Shown: positions 26,190-43,374 of the stretch, in pieces
How the letters are laid out: every line of letters starts with the position of its first letter
Position numbering within the stretch: position 1 is the first letter of the stretch
From: Eledone cirrhosa
Taxonomy: Eukaryota
Length of the DNA: 64,000 nt
Reading direction: 5' to 3'
Assembly (NCBI GenBank): GCA_964016885.1
Contig: OZ024745.1
Location: forward strand, 11,594,001 to 11,658,000
Program-made: the position numbers and the translations under genes
Notes under the pieces: generated by a model
What the model saw: the letters and a program-made list of their open reading frames with translations, nothing else
Databases searched by the model: none
Told to the model about the DNA's origin: nothing

Positions 26190-26350
26190 GGCCTCAGCCA
26201 GATGACTGGAACAAGTAAAAGAGTAATACAATGTTAGAAAGAGAAATGTAATATAAAATGTTTTACTCAAGGATATAAAGTATCGCCCGGTCTGGGAATC
26301 GAACTCACAATCTCACGATCGTGAATCCGAATCTCTAATCACTAAGCCAG
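26190..26350. mobile_element. SINE fragments (a 3' tail on plus and a tRNA head on minus)
   Basis: GCATGGCCTCAGCC...GGAACAAGTAAAAGAGTAA also occurs at 57692-57732. GGGAATCGAACTCAC...CACTAAGCC matches 58760-58815. Confidence 0.6.
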
Positions 26351-27420
26351 GTGTTATGATCGGTAGATAGTATCAGCAATGGAAAGACCACAGGAAACAC
26401 TGCTTCCTTGGTTCATTTGACGAGCTCTACCCCTTTTGGTAAGTGAATGAGGTCTGAGATCTTGACAACGCCACTCCTTCCCTACATTGTTAGGAAACTA
26501 GCCTTGTGCCTAGATTTGAAATCGATACACTTTAAGGAAAGGCCTTTAATGAGAGTAAAATGTTTATTTTTTTTATATAGAGAAGTGATTTATTTCACCG
26601 GAAGTCTATAAACATCAGAAAAGGATGAATGTATTTCTGTTGATAGAAAGGTGTAAATTATGATGTGTTAGGAGTGTGAAGGGCAATTAAGGATGCAAAT
26701 ATTTAAAAATGACTACATTTAAAATTATTGGGTAGGATAGAATTTCGTTTTCACAGCATTGGTTTCTATTTATTATTTCGGTAGCAGCCAATTTACTGTA
26801 GAAAATTTCGGTTTCCGTTGCAGATGACATGGAATGGCATAAAAACCATAGAATTTGATGTTTTCAAATTTTAGCGTTTCTATTTTAAAATCAAAATAAA
26901 CATGTTTTCTATTAAGTTGGAGCTTTCAGTTAAGAAAAGAAAATTCGGAGAGAGGAAAAGGACAGAAAGGGGAAGGGGAAAAGGACCCTCTCATTCCCGA
27001 CCCTTGCTAAACAAGAGAAAAAGAAGAAAAGGACCCACTTATTCCCGACCCTTGCTAAACAAGAGAATGCGCCAAAATTATATTTAAAATATGAACAATT
27101 CATTATGGACGAACAATTCATTATGGACGAAGAAGGTTTAGGTTTGGGATAATTCGAGTTTAGTAAATTACACATGTAGCTTAATGTATTTTATATACAT
27201 ATATATATATAATATCGTTTTGCTTAACTCCTTGTGTGTGTGTATGTGTGCGTGTGTGTGTGGTTGTTGTTGTTGTTGTAAGATAAATTCTGCTAAAAAT
27301 TATGAAATCGTGGTGGGAGATAATATAAGGAAAGTTGATATTAATTGGACGACCTTAAGGAATGGAGATAATAAGAAAAATATATTTTATATGCTATTTA
27401 GTTGAATGCGCTCAGAAAAA

Positions 27421-27494
<74 letters not shown>

Positions 27495-27530
27495 GTGTGT
27501 GTGTGTGTATGTTTATATATATATGTATAT

Positions 27531-29388
<1,858 letters not shown>

Positions 29389-29411
29389 TATATATATATA
29401 TATATATATAT

Positions 29412-29596
29412 AACGAAGGAAGTGTGGTAAGGAACCAAATGGACCAGAACGCACCAGAGTACTCAATACTTAGGGTAGTAGAGTAGGAAATAGGAAAAAG
29501 TATGACTCCGACGTCAGAGCTCAAGCCGTTTCGACAGCTATTTCTGGAAATAGCCGTCGAAACGGCTTGAGCTCTGCCGTCGGGGTCATACTTTTT

Positions 29597-29598
<2 letters not shown>
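29412..29598 (-). mobile_element. Family A fold-back element
   Basis: Tail + arm / turn near 29546 / arm, between (TA)n tracts. Confidence 0.85.
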
Positions 29599-29679
<81 letters not shown>

Positions 29680-30047
29680 GTATCTATTGTTCCATGTTGT
29701 GATTGGTAGAAGTTTGTATGCGTGTATGTATATATCCGTGTGTCTTCCTTCCTTAAGCCGAATATTTCTGATCGGGGGTGGGTGCAAGTTAATTAGAAGG
29801 TCCTCTCTTTACAGGTGTTATCACAGCGATCTCTTTACAGGTGTTACCACACTCATTAGAGAGTGACAGGGTATATATATATGGTGTATATATATGGGAT
29901 TGGAGTAGTTCATCGTGCTTGATAATATGGCGTTACATAACTGCCATCGATTAATCAATATATCGATATTATCATGGTTCAGTTCATCCTTTGAAACGAT
30001 CGTAAAACAATAGCTTAATTAAGCTATTGGTCAACCTAGGTACACAG

Positions 30048-30200
<153 letters not shown>

Positions 30201-30350
30201 CACATAAATGGCGACATCTATGGATATTAGAGTATTCACCTATCTATAATTATACTTAGGTGAATACTCTAATATATACTATCTATAATTATACTTGCGA
30301 TCTCTATGAAAATGTGGCTGCATATTTGTGCGCGTGCGTCTGTCTGCACA

Positions 30351-30453
<103 letters not shown>

Positions 30454-31549
30454 ATGTGTGTATACATACATACACTATTTTTTCTGACTTTCTACATAAC
30501 TCGTAAACATATAACTGTCAGATTTGTCTCTCAAAAGAATTATTGTCATATTTGTTGGTGCAGTAGAGCGTGACTATAAATGTTTATATCACACATACAG
30601 AAGCATATATTGCAAGTGGTAGATTAAGCTATTGGCTAATTTCACACAATCAAGGTTAGCATTCCAGACATGTCGGCTCGACTGGATGTCTGCTAACAAA
30701 AGAATAAAACAACAAAACCAAAAAAGAACGGAATTCATTCAAGTAAAACACTTTTGATGTTTAAAGCTACTAGTCAGCCAAGCAACCAAAGAAGAACATT
30801 AAAAACAAGCCAAAAATCTAGGAATAAAACCCCACAAAAAAGCCGTATCAATGAATGGTGTTGTAAACCTATATTAAGTTGGAGCTGCTATGTCTGTCTA
30901 GTTCTCAAATAGGTACGAAAATACATCTGATATATTTGAATTGTGTGTGTGTGTGCCTTTGTGTGTGTGTGTCTGTGTGTTTTTCTGTGTGTGTCGCTAT
31001 GTGTGCGTGTGTCCGTGCGTCTGTGTGTGTATGTCTGTGTATATATATAGTAATAGATGTAAAGTAGTGGAATTATCATTACTGATTAAAACATTTGCTT
31101 GGTTTGGGGTTATTTCCTATTTCTCTTCTGTAAAGTCAAGTGGTCATAATGACCAATTATATAACATCTTCAATTAGTTTCAAGTATGTCTATTTCATAT
31201 GTTTTTATATTCACTTGTCTTGCATCATTAGATAACATTTGATTCCAATTTTAATATCTGCTGAGAACCATTTTACCTTTTATAATTCCATGATCGTAAG
31301 TTCCAGTCAACTACGAAATTTCTGGCTTTTGTTTCCCCTTTATTATGAACCGTTCCGCACAAAATATTTTGTGGTATATTTCAGTTCATTTTATTCCGAG
31401 TTCAAACAGCCGCGAGGTTAACTTTATGTTCTATCCCTTTGTGAGTCTATGAAATACAGTTCTTATACTACCGTCAATTGTTCCTTTCCAGAAAATGTAA
31501 TATCTTGTGCCTTTGTAATAAAACATTTATATGATAAACATGGCCGAAT

Positions 31550-34500
31550 AGCAGAAACGGCGGAACGGTGAAATAACCGTATTGTGCTACAGAAACGGCA
31601 GAACGGTGAAATAACCGTATTGTGCTACAGAAACGGCAGAACGGTGAAATAACCGTATTGTGCTACAGAAACGACAGAACGGTGAAATAACCGTATTGTG
31701 CTACAGAAACGGCAGAACGGTGAAATAACCGTATTGTGCTACAGAAAGGGCAGAACGGTGAAATAACCGTATTGTGCTACAGAAACGGCAGAACGGTGAA
31801 ATAACCGTATTGTGCTACAGAAACGACAGAACGGTGAAATAACCGTATTGTGCTACAGAAACGGCAGAACGGTGAAATAACCGTATTGTGCTACAGAAAG
31901 GGCAGAACGGTGAAATAACCGTATTGTGCTACAGAAACGGCAGAACGGTGAAATAACCGTATTGTGCTACAGAAACGATTGAACGGTGAAATAACCGTAT
32001 TGTGCTACAGAAACGGCAGAACGGTGAAATAACCGTATTGTGCTACAGAAACGGCAGAACGGTGAAATAACCGTATTGTGCTACAGAAACGGCAGAAGGG
32101 TGAAATAACCGTATTGTGCTACAGAAACGGCAGAACGGTGAAATAACCGTATTGTGCTACAGAAACGGCAGAACGGTGAAATAACCGTATTGTGCTACAG
32201 AAACGGCAGAAGGGTGAAATAACCGTATTGTGCTACAGAAACGGCAGAACGGTGAAATAACCGTATTGTGCTACAGAAACGGCAGAACGGTGAAATAACC
32301 GTATTGTGCTACAGAAACGGCAGAACGGTGAAATAACCGTATTGTGCTACAGAAACGGCAGAACGGTGAAATAACCGTATTGTGCTACAGAAACGGCAGA
32401 ACGGTGAAATAACCGTATTGTGCTACAGAAACGGCAGAAGGGTGAAATAACCGTATTGTGCTACAGAAACGGCAGAACGGTGAAATAACCGTATTGTGCT
32501 ACAGAAACGGCAGAACGGTGAAATAACCGTATTGTGCTACAGAAACGGCAGAACGCTGAAATAACCGTATTGTGCTACAGAAACGGCAGAACGGTGAAAT
32601 AACCGTATTGTGCTACAGAAACGGCAGAAGGGTGAAATAACCGTATTGTGCTACAGAAACGGCAGAACGGTGAAATAACCGTATTGTGCTACAGAAACGG
32701 CAGAACGGTGAAATAACCGTATTGTGCTACAGAAACGGCAGAACGGTGAAATAACCGTATTGTGCTACAGAAACGGCAGAACGGTGAAATAACCGTATTG
32801 TGCTACAGAAACGGCAGAAGGGTGAAATAACCGTATTGTGCTACAGAAACGGCAGAACGGTGAAATAACCGTATTGTGCTACAGAAACGGCAGAACGGTG
32901 AAATAACCGTATTGTGCTACAGAAACGGCAGAAGGGTGAAATAACCGTATTGTGCTACAGAAACGGCAGAAGGGTGAAATAACCGTATTGTGCTACAGAA
33001 ACGGCAGAACGGTGAAATAACCGTATTGTGCTACAGAAACGGCAGAACGGTGAAATAACCGTATTGTGCTACAGAAACGGCAGAAGGGTGAAATAACCGT
33101 ATTGTGCTACAGAAACGGCAGAACGGTGAAATAACCGTATTGTGCTACAGAAACGGCAGAACGGTGAAATAACCGTATTGTGCTACAGAAACGGCAGAAG
33201 GGTGAAATAACCGTATTGTGCTACAGAAACGGCAGAAGGGTGAAATAACCGTATTGTGCTACAGAAACGGCAGAAGGGTGAAATAACCGTATTGTGCTAC
33301 AGAAACGGCAGAAGGGTGAAATAACCGTATTGTGCTACAGAAACGGCAGAACGGTGAAATAACCGTATTGTGCTACAGAAACGGCAGAACGGTGAAATAA
33401 CCGTATTGTGCTACAGAAACGGCAGAACGGTGAAATAACCGTATTGTGCTACAGAAACGGCAGAAGGGTGAAATAACCGTATTGTGCTACAGAAACGGCA
33501 GAACGGTGAAATAACCGTATTGTGCTACAGAAACGGCAGAAGGGTGAAATAACCGTAATGTGCTACAGAAACGGCAGAACGCTGAAATAACCGTATTGTG
33601 CTACAGAAACGGCAGAACGGTGAAATAACCGCATTGTGCTACAGAAACGGCAGAAGGGTGAAATAACCGTATTGTGCTACAGAAACGGCAGAACGGTGAA
33701 ATAACCGTATTGTGCTACAGAAACGGCAGAAGGGTGAAATAACCGTATTGTGCTACAGAAACGGCAGAACGCTGAAATAACCGTATTGTGCTACAGAAAC
33801 GGCAGAAGGGTGAAATAACCGTATTGTGCTACAGAAACGGCAGAAGGGTGAAATAACCGTATTGTGCTACAGAAACGGCAGAAGGGTGAAATAACCGTAT
33901 TGTGCTACAGAAACGGCAGAAGGGTGAAATAACCGTATTGTGCTACAGAAACGGCAGAACGGTGAAATAACCGTATTGTGCTACAGAAACGGCAGAACGG
34001 TGAAATAACCGTATTGTGCTACAGAAACGGCAGAAGGGTGAAATAACCGTGTTGTGCTACAGAAACGGCAGAAGGGTGAAATAACCGTATTGTGCTACAG
34101 AAACGCAGAACTGTGAAATAACCGTATTGTGCTACAGAAACGGCAGAAGGGTGAAATAACCATATTGTGCTACAGAAACGGCAGAAGGGTGAAATAACCG
34201 TATTGTGCTACAGAAACGGCAGAAGGGTGAAATAACCGTATTGTGCTACAGAAACGGCAGAACGCTGAAATAACCGTATTGTGCTACTGAAACGGCAGAA
34301 CGGTGAAATAACCGTATTGTGCTACAGAAACGGCAGAACGGTGAAATAACCGTATTGTGCTACAGAAACGGCAGAAGGGTGAAATAACCGTATTGTGCTA
34401 CAGAAACGGCAGAACGGTGAAATAACCGTATTGTGCTACAGAAACGGCAGAAGGGTGAAATAACCGTATTGTGCTACAGAAACGGCAGAACGGTGAAATA

Positions 34501-37500
34501 ACCGTATTGTGCTACAGAAACGGCAGAACGGTGAAATAACCGTATTGTGCTACAGAAACGGCAGAAGGGTGAAATAACCGTATTGTGCTACAGAAACGGC
34601 ATAAGGGTGAAATAACCGTATTGTGCTACAGAAACGGCAGAAGGGTGAAATAACCGTATTGTGCTACAGAAACGGCAGAAGGGTGAAATAACCGTATTGT
34701 GCTACAGAAACGGCAGAACGGTGAAGTAACCGTATTGTGCTACAGAAACGGCAGAACGGTGAAATAACCGTATTGTGCTACAGAAACGGCAGAACGGTGA
34801 AATAACCGTATTGTGCTCAGAAACGGCAGAACGGTGAAATAACCGTATTGTGCTACAGAAACGGCAGAAGGGTGAAATAACCGTATTGTGCTACAGAAAC
34901 GGCAGAACGGTGAAATAACCGTATTGTGCTACAGAAACGGCAGAAGGGTGAAATAACCGTATTGTGCTACAGAAACGGCAGAACGGTGAAATAACCGTAT
35001 TGTGCTACAGAAACGGCAGAAGGGTGAAATAACCGTATTGTGCTACAGAAACGGCAGAACGGTGAAATAACCGTATTGTGCTACAGAAACGGCAGAACGG
35101 TGAAATAACCGTATTGTGCTACAGAAACGGCAGAAGGGTGAAATAACCGTATTGTGCTACAGAAACGGCAGAAGGGTGAAATAACCGTATTGTGCTACAG
35201 AAACGGCAGAACGGTGAAATAACCGTATTGTGCTACAGAAACGGCAGAACGGTGAAATAACCGTATTGTGCTACAGAAACGGCAGAAGGGTGAAATAACC
35301 GTATTGTGCTACAGAAACGGCAGAACGGTGAAATAACCGTATTGTGCTACAGAAACGGCAGAACGGTGAAATAACCGTATTGTGCTACAGAAACGGCAGA
35401 ACGGTGAAATAACCGTATTGTGCTACAGAAACGGCAGAAGGGTGAAATAACCGTATTGTGCTACAGAAACGGCAGAAGGGTGAAATAACCGTATTGTGCT
35501 ACAGAAACGGCAGAAGGGTGAAATAACCGTATTGTGCTACAGAAACGGCAGAAGGGTGAAATAACCGTATTGTGCTACAGAAACGGCAGAACGGTGAAAT
35601 AACCGTATTGTGCTACAGAAACGGCAGAAGGGTGAAATAACCGTATTGTGCTACAGAAACGGCAGAACGGTGAAATAACCGTATTGTGCTACAGAAACGG
35701 CAGAAGGGTGAAATAACCGTAATGTGCTACAGAAACGGCAGAACGCTGAAATAACCGTATTGTGCTACAGAAACGGCAGAACGGTGAAATAACCGCATTG
35801 TGCTACAGAAACGGCAGAAGGGTGAAATAACCGTATTGTGCTACAGAAACGGCAGAACGGTGAAATAACCGTATTGTGCTACAGAAACGGCAGAAGGGTG
35901 AAATAACCGTATTGTGCTACAGAAACGGCAGAACGCTGAAATAACCGTATTGTGCTACAGAAACGGCAGAAGGGTGAAATAACCGTATTGTGCTACAGAA
36001 ACGGCAGAAGGGTGAAATAACCGTATTGTGCTACAGAAACGGCAGAAGGGTGAAATAACCGTATTGTGCTACAGAAACGGCAGAACGGTGAAATAACCGT
36101 ATTGTGCTACAGAAACGGCAGAACGGTGAAATAACCGTATTGTGCTACAGAAACGGCAGAAGGGTGAAATAACCGTGTTGTGCTACAGAAACGGCAGAAG
36201 GGTGAAATAACCGTATTGTGCTACAGAAACGCAGAACGGTGAAATAACCGTATTGTGCTACAGAAACGGCAGAACGGTGAAATAACCGTATTGTGCTACA
36301 GAAACGGCAGAAGGGTGAAATAACCGTATTGTGCTACAGAAACGGCAGAAGGGTGAAATAACCGTATTGTGCTACAGAAACGGCAGAACGCTGAAATAAC
36401 CGTATTGTGCTACAGAAACGGCAGAACGGTGAAATAACCGTATTGTGCTACAGAAACGGCAGAACGGTGAAATAACCGTATTGTGCTACAGAAACGGCAG
36501 AAGGGTGAAATAACCGTATTGTGCTACAGAAACGGCAGAAGGGTGAAATAACCGTATTGTGCTACAGAAACGGCAGAACGGTGAAATAACCGTATTGTGC
36601 TACAGAAACGGCAGAACGGTGAAATAACCGTATTGTGCTACAGAAACGGCAGAACGGTGAAATAACCGTATTGTGCTACAGAAACGGCAGAAGGGTGAAA
36701 TAACCGTATTGTGCTACAGAAACGGCATAAGGGTGAAATAACCGTATTGTGCTACAGAAACGGCAGAAGGGTGAAATAACCGTATTGTGCTACAGAAACG
36801 GCAGAAGGGTGAAATAACCGTATTGTGCTACAGAAACGGCAGAACGGTGAAGTAACCGTATTGTGCTACAGAAACGGCAGAACGGTGAAATAACCGTATT
36901 GTGCTACAGAAACGGCAGAACGGTGAAATAACCGTATTGTGCTACAGAAACGGCAGAACGGTGAAATAACCGTATTGTGCTACAGAAACGGCAGAAGGGT
37001 GAAATAACCGTATTGTGCTACAGAAACGGCAGAACGGTGAAATAACCGTATTGTGCTACAGAAACGGCAGAAGGGTGAAATAACCGTATTGTGCTACAGA
37101 AATGGCAGAACGGTGAAATAACCGTATTGTGCTACAGAAACGGCAGAAGGGTGAAATAACCGTATTGTGCTACAGAAACGGCAGAACGCTGAAATAACCG
37201 TATTGTGCTACAGAAACGGCAGAAGGGTGAAATAACCGTATTGTGCTACAGAAACGGCAGAACGGTGAAATAACCGTATTGTGCTACAGAAACGGCAGAA
37301 GGGTGAAATAACCGTATTGTGCTACAGAAACGGCAGAACGCTGAAATAACCGTATTGTGCTACAGAAACGGCAGAAGGGTGAAATAACCGTATTGTGCTA
37401 CAGAAACGGCAGAAGGGTGAAATAACCGTATTGTGCTACAGAAACGGCAGAACGGTGAAATAACCGTATTGTGCTACAGAAACGGCAGAAGGGTGAAATA

Positions 37501-40500
37501 ACCGTATTGTGCTACAGAAACGGCAGAACGCTGAAATAACCGTATTGTGCTACAGAAACGGCAGAAGGGTGAAATAACCGTATTGTGCTACAGAAACGGC
37601 AGAACGCTGAAATAACCGTATTGTGCTACAGAAACGGCAGAAGGGTGAAATAACCGTATTGTGCTACAGAAACGGCAGAAGGGTGAAATAACCGTATTGT
37701 GCTACAGAAACGGCAGAACGGTGAAATAACCGTATTGTGCTACAGAAACGGCAGAACGGTGAAATAACCGTATTGTGCTACAGAAACGGCAGAAGGGTGA
37801 AATAACCGTATTGTGCTACAGAAACGGCAGAACGGTGAAATAACCGTATTGTGCTACAGAAACGGCAGAAGGGTGAAATAACCGTATTGTGCTACAGAAA
37901 CGGCAGAAGGGTGAAATAACCGTATTGTGCTACAGAAACGGCAGAAGGGTGAAATAACCGTATTGTGCTACAGAAACGGCAGAACGCTGAAATAACCGTA
38001 TTGTGCTACAGAAACGGCAGAAGGGTGAAATAACCGTATTGTGCTACAGAAACGGCAGAAGGGTGAAATAACCGTATTGTGCTACAGAAACGGCAGAACG
38101 GTGAAATAACCGTATTGTGCTACAGAAACGGCAGAACGGTGAAATAACCGTATTGTGCTACAGAAACGGCAGAAGGGTGAAATAACCGTATTGTGCTACA
38201 GAAACGGCAGAAGGGTGAAATAACCGTATTGTGCTACAGAAACGACAGAACGGTGAAATAACCGTATTGTGCTACAGAAACGGCAGAAGGGTGAAATAAC
38301 CGTATTGTGCTACAGAAACGGCAGAAGGGTGAAATAACCGTATTGTGCTACAGAAACGGCAGAACGGTGAAATAACCGCATTGTGCTACAGAAACGGCAG
38401 AACGGTGAAATAACCGTATTGTGCTACAGAAACGGCAGAAGGGTGAACTAACCGTATTGTGCTACAGAAACGGCAGAAGGGTGAAATAACCGTATTGTGC
38501 TACAGAAACGGCAGAACGGTGAAATAACCGTATTGTGCTACAGAAACGGCAGAACGGTGAAATAACCGTATTGTGCTACAGAAACGGCAGAAGGGTGAAA
38601 TAACCGTATTGTGCTACAGAAACGGCAGAACGGTGAAATAACCGTATTGTGCTACAGAAACGGCAGAACGGTGAAATAACCGTATTGTGCTACAGAAACG
38701 GCAGAAGGGTGAAATAACCGTATTGTGCTACAGAAACGGCAGAACGCTGAAATAACCGTATTGTGCTACAGAAAAGGCAGAAGGGTGAAATAACTGTATT
38801 GTGCTACAGAAACGGCAGAAGGGTGAAATAACCGTATTGTGCTACAGAAACGGCAGAAGGGTGAAATAACCGTATTGTGCTACAGAATCGGCAGAACGGT
38901 GAAATAACCGTATTGTGCTACAGAAACGGCAGAACGGTGAAATAACCGTATTGTGCTACAGAAACGGCAGAAGGGTGAAATAACCGTATTGTGCTACAGA
39001 AACGGCAGAAGGGTGAAATAACCGTATTGTGCTACAGAAACGGCAGAAGGGTGAAATAACCGTATTGTGCTACAGAAACGGCAGAACGCTGAAATAACCG
39101 TATTGTGCTACAGAAACGGCAGAACGGTGAAATAACCGTATTGTGCTACAGAAACGGCAGAAGGGTGAAATAACCGTATTGTGCTACAGAAACGGCAGAA
39201 CGGTGAAATAACCGTATTGTGCTACAGAAACGGCAGAAGGGTGAAATAACCGTATTGTGCTACAGAAACGGCAGAACGCTGAAATAACCGTATTGTGCTA
39301 CAGAAACGGCAGAAGGGTGAAATAACCGTATTGTGCTACAGAAACGGCAGAACGGTGAAATAACCGTATTGTGCTACAGAAACGGCAGAAGGGTGAAATA
39401 ACCGTATTGTGCTACAGAAACGGCAGAAGGGTGAAATAACCGTATTGTGCTACAGAAACGGCAGAACGGTGAAATAACCGTATTGTGCTACAGAAACGGC
39501 AGAACGGTGAAATAACCGTATTGTGCTACAGAAACGGCAGAAGGGTGAAATAACCGTATTGTGCTACAGAAACGGCAGAAGGGTGAAATAACCGTATTGT
39601 GCTACAGAAACGGCAGAAGGGTGAAATAACCGTATTGTGCTACAGAAACGGCAGAAGGGTGAAATAACCGTATTGTGCTACAGAAACGGCAGAACGGTGA
39701 AATAACCGTATTGTGCTACAGAAACGGCAGAAGGGTGAAATAACCGTATTGTGCTACAGAAACGGCAGAACGGTGAAATAACCGTATTGTGCTACAGAAA
39801 CGGCAGAACGGTGAAATAACCGTATTGTGCTACAGAAACGGCAGAAGGGTGAAATAACCGTATTGTGCTACAGAAACGGCAGAACGGTGAAATAACCGTA
39901 TTGTGCTACAGAAACGGCAGAAGGGTGAAATAACCGTATTGTGCTACAGAAACGGCAGAACGGTGAAATAACCGCATTGTGCTACAGAAACGGCAGAAGG
40001 GTGAAATAACCGTATTGTGCTACAGAAACGGCAGAAGGGTGAAATAACCGTATTGTGCTACAGAAACGGCAGAACGGTGAAATAACCGTATTGTGCTACA
40101 GAAACGGCAGAACGGTGAAATAACCGTATTGTGCTACAGAAACGGCAGAACGGTGAAATAACCGTATTGTGCTACAGAAACGGCAGAACGGTGAAATAAC
40201 CGTATTGTGCTACAGAAACGGCAGAACGGTGAAATAACCGTATTGTGCTACAGAAACGGCAGAACGGTGAAATAACCGTATTGTGCTACAGAAACGGCAG
40301 AACGGTGAAATAACCGTATTGTGCTACAGAAACGGCAGAACGGTGAAATAACCGTATTGTGCTACAGAAACGGCAGAACGGTGAAATAACCGTATTGTGC
40401 TACAGAAACGGCATAAGGGTGAAATAACCGTATTGTGCTACAGAAACGGCAGAACGGTGAAATAACCGTATTGTGCTACAGAAACGGCAGAACGGTGAAA

Positions 40501-42704
40501 TAACCGTATTGTGCTACAGAAACGGCAGAACGGTGAAATAACCGTATTGTGCTACAGAAACGGCAGAAGGGTGAAATAACCGTATTGTGCTACAGAAACG
40601 GCAGAACGGTGAAATAACCGTATTGTGCTACAGAAACGGCAGAACGGTGAAATAACCGTATTGTGCTACAGAAACGGCAGAACGGTGAAATAACCGTATT
40701 GTGCTACAGAAACGGCAGAAGGGTGAAATAACCGTATTGTGCTACAGAAACGGCAGAACGGTGAAATAACCGTATTGTGCTACAGAAACGGCAGAACGGT
40801 GAAATAACCGTATTGTGCTACAGAAACGGCAGAACGGTGAAATAACCGTATTGTGCTACAGAAACGGCAGAACGGTGAAATAACCGTATTGTGCTACAGA
40901 AACGGCAGAAGGGTGAAATAACCGTATTGTGCTACAGAAACGGCAGAACGGTGAAATAACCGTATTGTGCTACAGAAACGGCATAAGGGTGAAATAACCG
41001 TATTGTGCTACAGAAACGGCAGAACGGTGAAATAACCGTATTGTGCTACAGAAACGGCAGAACGGTGAAATAACCGTATTGTGCTACAGAAACGGCAGAA
41101 CGGTGAAATAACCGTATTGTGCTACAGAAACGGCAGAACGGTGAAATAACCGTATTGTGCTACAGAAACGGCAGAACGGTGAAATAACCGTATTGTGCTA
41201 CAGAAACGGCAGAAGGGTGAAATAACCGTATTGTGCTACAGAAACGGCAGAACGGTGAAATAACCGTATTGTGCTACAGAAACGGCAGAACGGTGAAATA
41301 ACCGTATTGTGCTACAGAAACGGCAGAACGGTGAAATAACCGTATTGTGCTACAGAAACGGCAGAAGGGTGAAATAACCGTATTGTGCTACAGAAACGGC
41401 AGAACGGTGAAATAACCGTATTGTGCTACAGAAACGGCAGAACGGTGAAATAACCGTATTGTGCTACAGAAACGGCAGAAGGGTGAAATAACCGTATTGT
41501 GCTACAGAAACGGCAGAAGGGTGAAATAACCGTATTGTGCTACAGAAACGGCAGAACGGTGAAATAACCGTATTGTGCTACAGAAACGGCAGAACGCTGA
41601 AATAACCGTATTGTGCTACAGAAACGGCAGAAGGGTGAAATAACCGTATTGTGCTACAGAAACGGCAGAACGGTGAAATAACCGTATTGTGCTACAGAAA
41701 CGGCAGAAGGGTGAAATAACCGTATTGTGCTACAGAAACGGCAGAAGGGTGAAATAACCGTATTGTGCTACAGAAACGGCAGAAGGGTGAAATAACCGTA
41801 TTGTGCTACAGAAACGGCAGAAGGGTGAAATAACCGTATTGTGCTACAGAAACGGCAGAACGGTGAAATAACCGTATTGTGCTACAGAAACGGCAGAAGG
41901 GTGAAATAACCGTATTGTGCTACAGAAACGGCAGAAGGGTGAAATAACCGTATTGTGCTACAGAAACGGCAGAAGGGTGAAATAACCGTATTGTGCTACA
42001 GAAACGGCAGAACGGTGAAATAACCGTATTGTGCTACAGAAACGGCAGAAGGGTGAAATAACCGTATTGTGCTACAGAAACGGCAGAAGGGTGAAATAAC
42101 CGTATTGTGCTACAGAAACGGCAGAACGGTGAAATAACCGTATTGTGCTACAGAAACGGCAGAAGGGTGAAATAACCGTATTGTGCTACAGAAACGGCAG
42201 AAGGGTGAAATAACCGTATTGTGCTACAGAAACGGCAGAACGGTGAAATAACCGTATTGTGCTACAGAAACGGCAGAAGGGTGAAATAACCGTATTGTGC
42301 TACAGAAACGGCAGAAGGGTGAAATAACCGTATTGTGCTACAGAAACGGCAGAAGGGTGAAATAACCGTATTGTGCTACAGAAACGGCAGAACGGTGAAA
42401 TAACCGTATTGTGCTACAGAAACGGCAGAACGCTGAAATAACCGTATTGTGCTACAGAAACGGCAGAAGGGTGAAATAACCGTATTGTGCTACAGAAACG
42501 GCAGAACGGTGAAATAACCGTATTGTGCTACAGAAACGGCAGAAGGGTGAAATAACCGTATTGTGCTACAGAAACGGCAGAAGGGTGAAATAACCGTATT
42601 GTGCTACAGAAACGGCAGAAGGGTGAAATAACCGTATTGTGCTACAGAAACGGCAGAAGGGTGAAATAACCGTATTGTGCTACAGAAACGGCAGAAGGGT
42701 GAAA
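31550..42704. repeat. 11.1-kb satellite array with a 38-bp unit GCTACAGAAACGGCAGAA(C/G)GGTGAAATAACCGTATTGT, about 293 units
   Basis: Line phase recurs every 1140 bp (30 x 38). One common dimorphic site and rare variants. Confidence 0.99.
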
Positions 42705-43374
42705 GTTATAAATTTTAATCAATTTTATGGAGGTAAAAAAGCGATGGATGGCATAACTAGTAGAGCAGTATTGTGTTTGTTCTTCTGTATTGTCCAATCA
42801 AGTATTGGTGTCAATTTGTTCAACTACACCAATAACATTTGTGGGAGTATACCTTATCAGTAATAATAATTACGGGGGGTTGACACAATCGGTAGAGCGC
42901 CGGTTTAATTGTCTTACAGTATTTAGATATTTTTTAATGTTTTAAGACGAAATTCTACCAGAGTCAGATTTTTAATCCCCCGGGACTGATAAATCAACTA
43001 CCTGTTATATACTGAAACAGACGTAATAATCGCTCAACATTTCGTACCTTTGCTGATGCTAGAAATGATAGTTATTCACTCAGTAAGTCGCACTGCTAGC
43101 ACGGATTCCCTTGCTTCTCTCTCAGAATCCAATTCTATTGTTCATCAGAATCGACAGGTCAGGGGTAATGCAGTTTATGTTGTCACAAATCTACTTGATA
43201 TGTGTCTTGGTTTGTCGTCCTCTGCTAGCTCTTCCTCGTGTAGGTCCCACAAAATAATTTCACTAACAATTTCTTCTTTAACTCTCCAATGCCCTGTGAA
43301 TCTGACTCTACACTCTTTGATGATCTCTGACAGTTATTATTTAGTCCAATTGTCCAATTGACAGTTATTATTTA

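Noticed and set aside
31550-42704. CRISPR-like array or tandem hammerhead array
   Set aside because: There are no unique spacers and no cas genes. The unit has GAAA and a hairpin but no CUGANGA/UUGANAA strand or three-stem fold.
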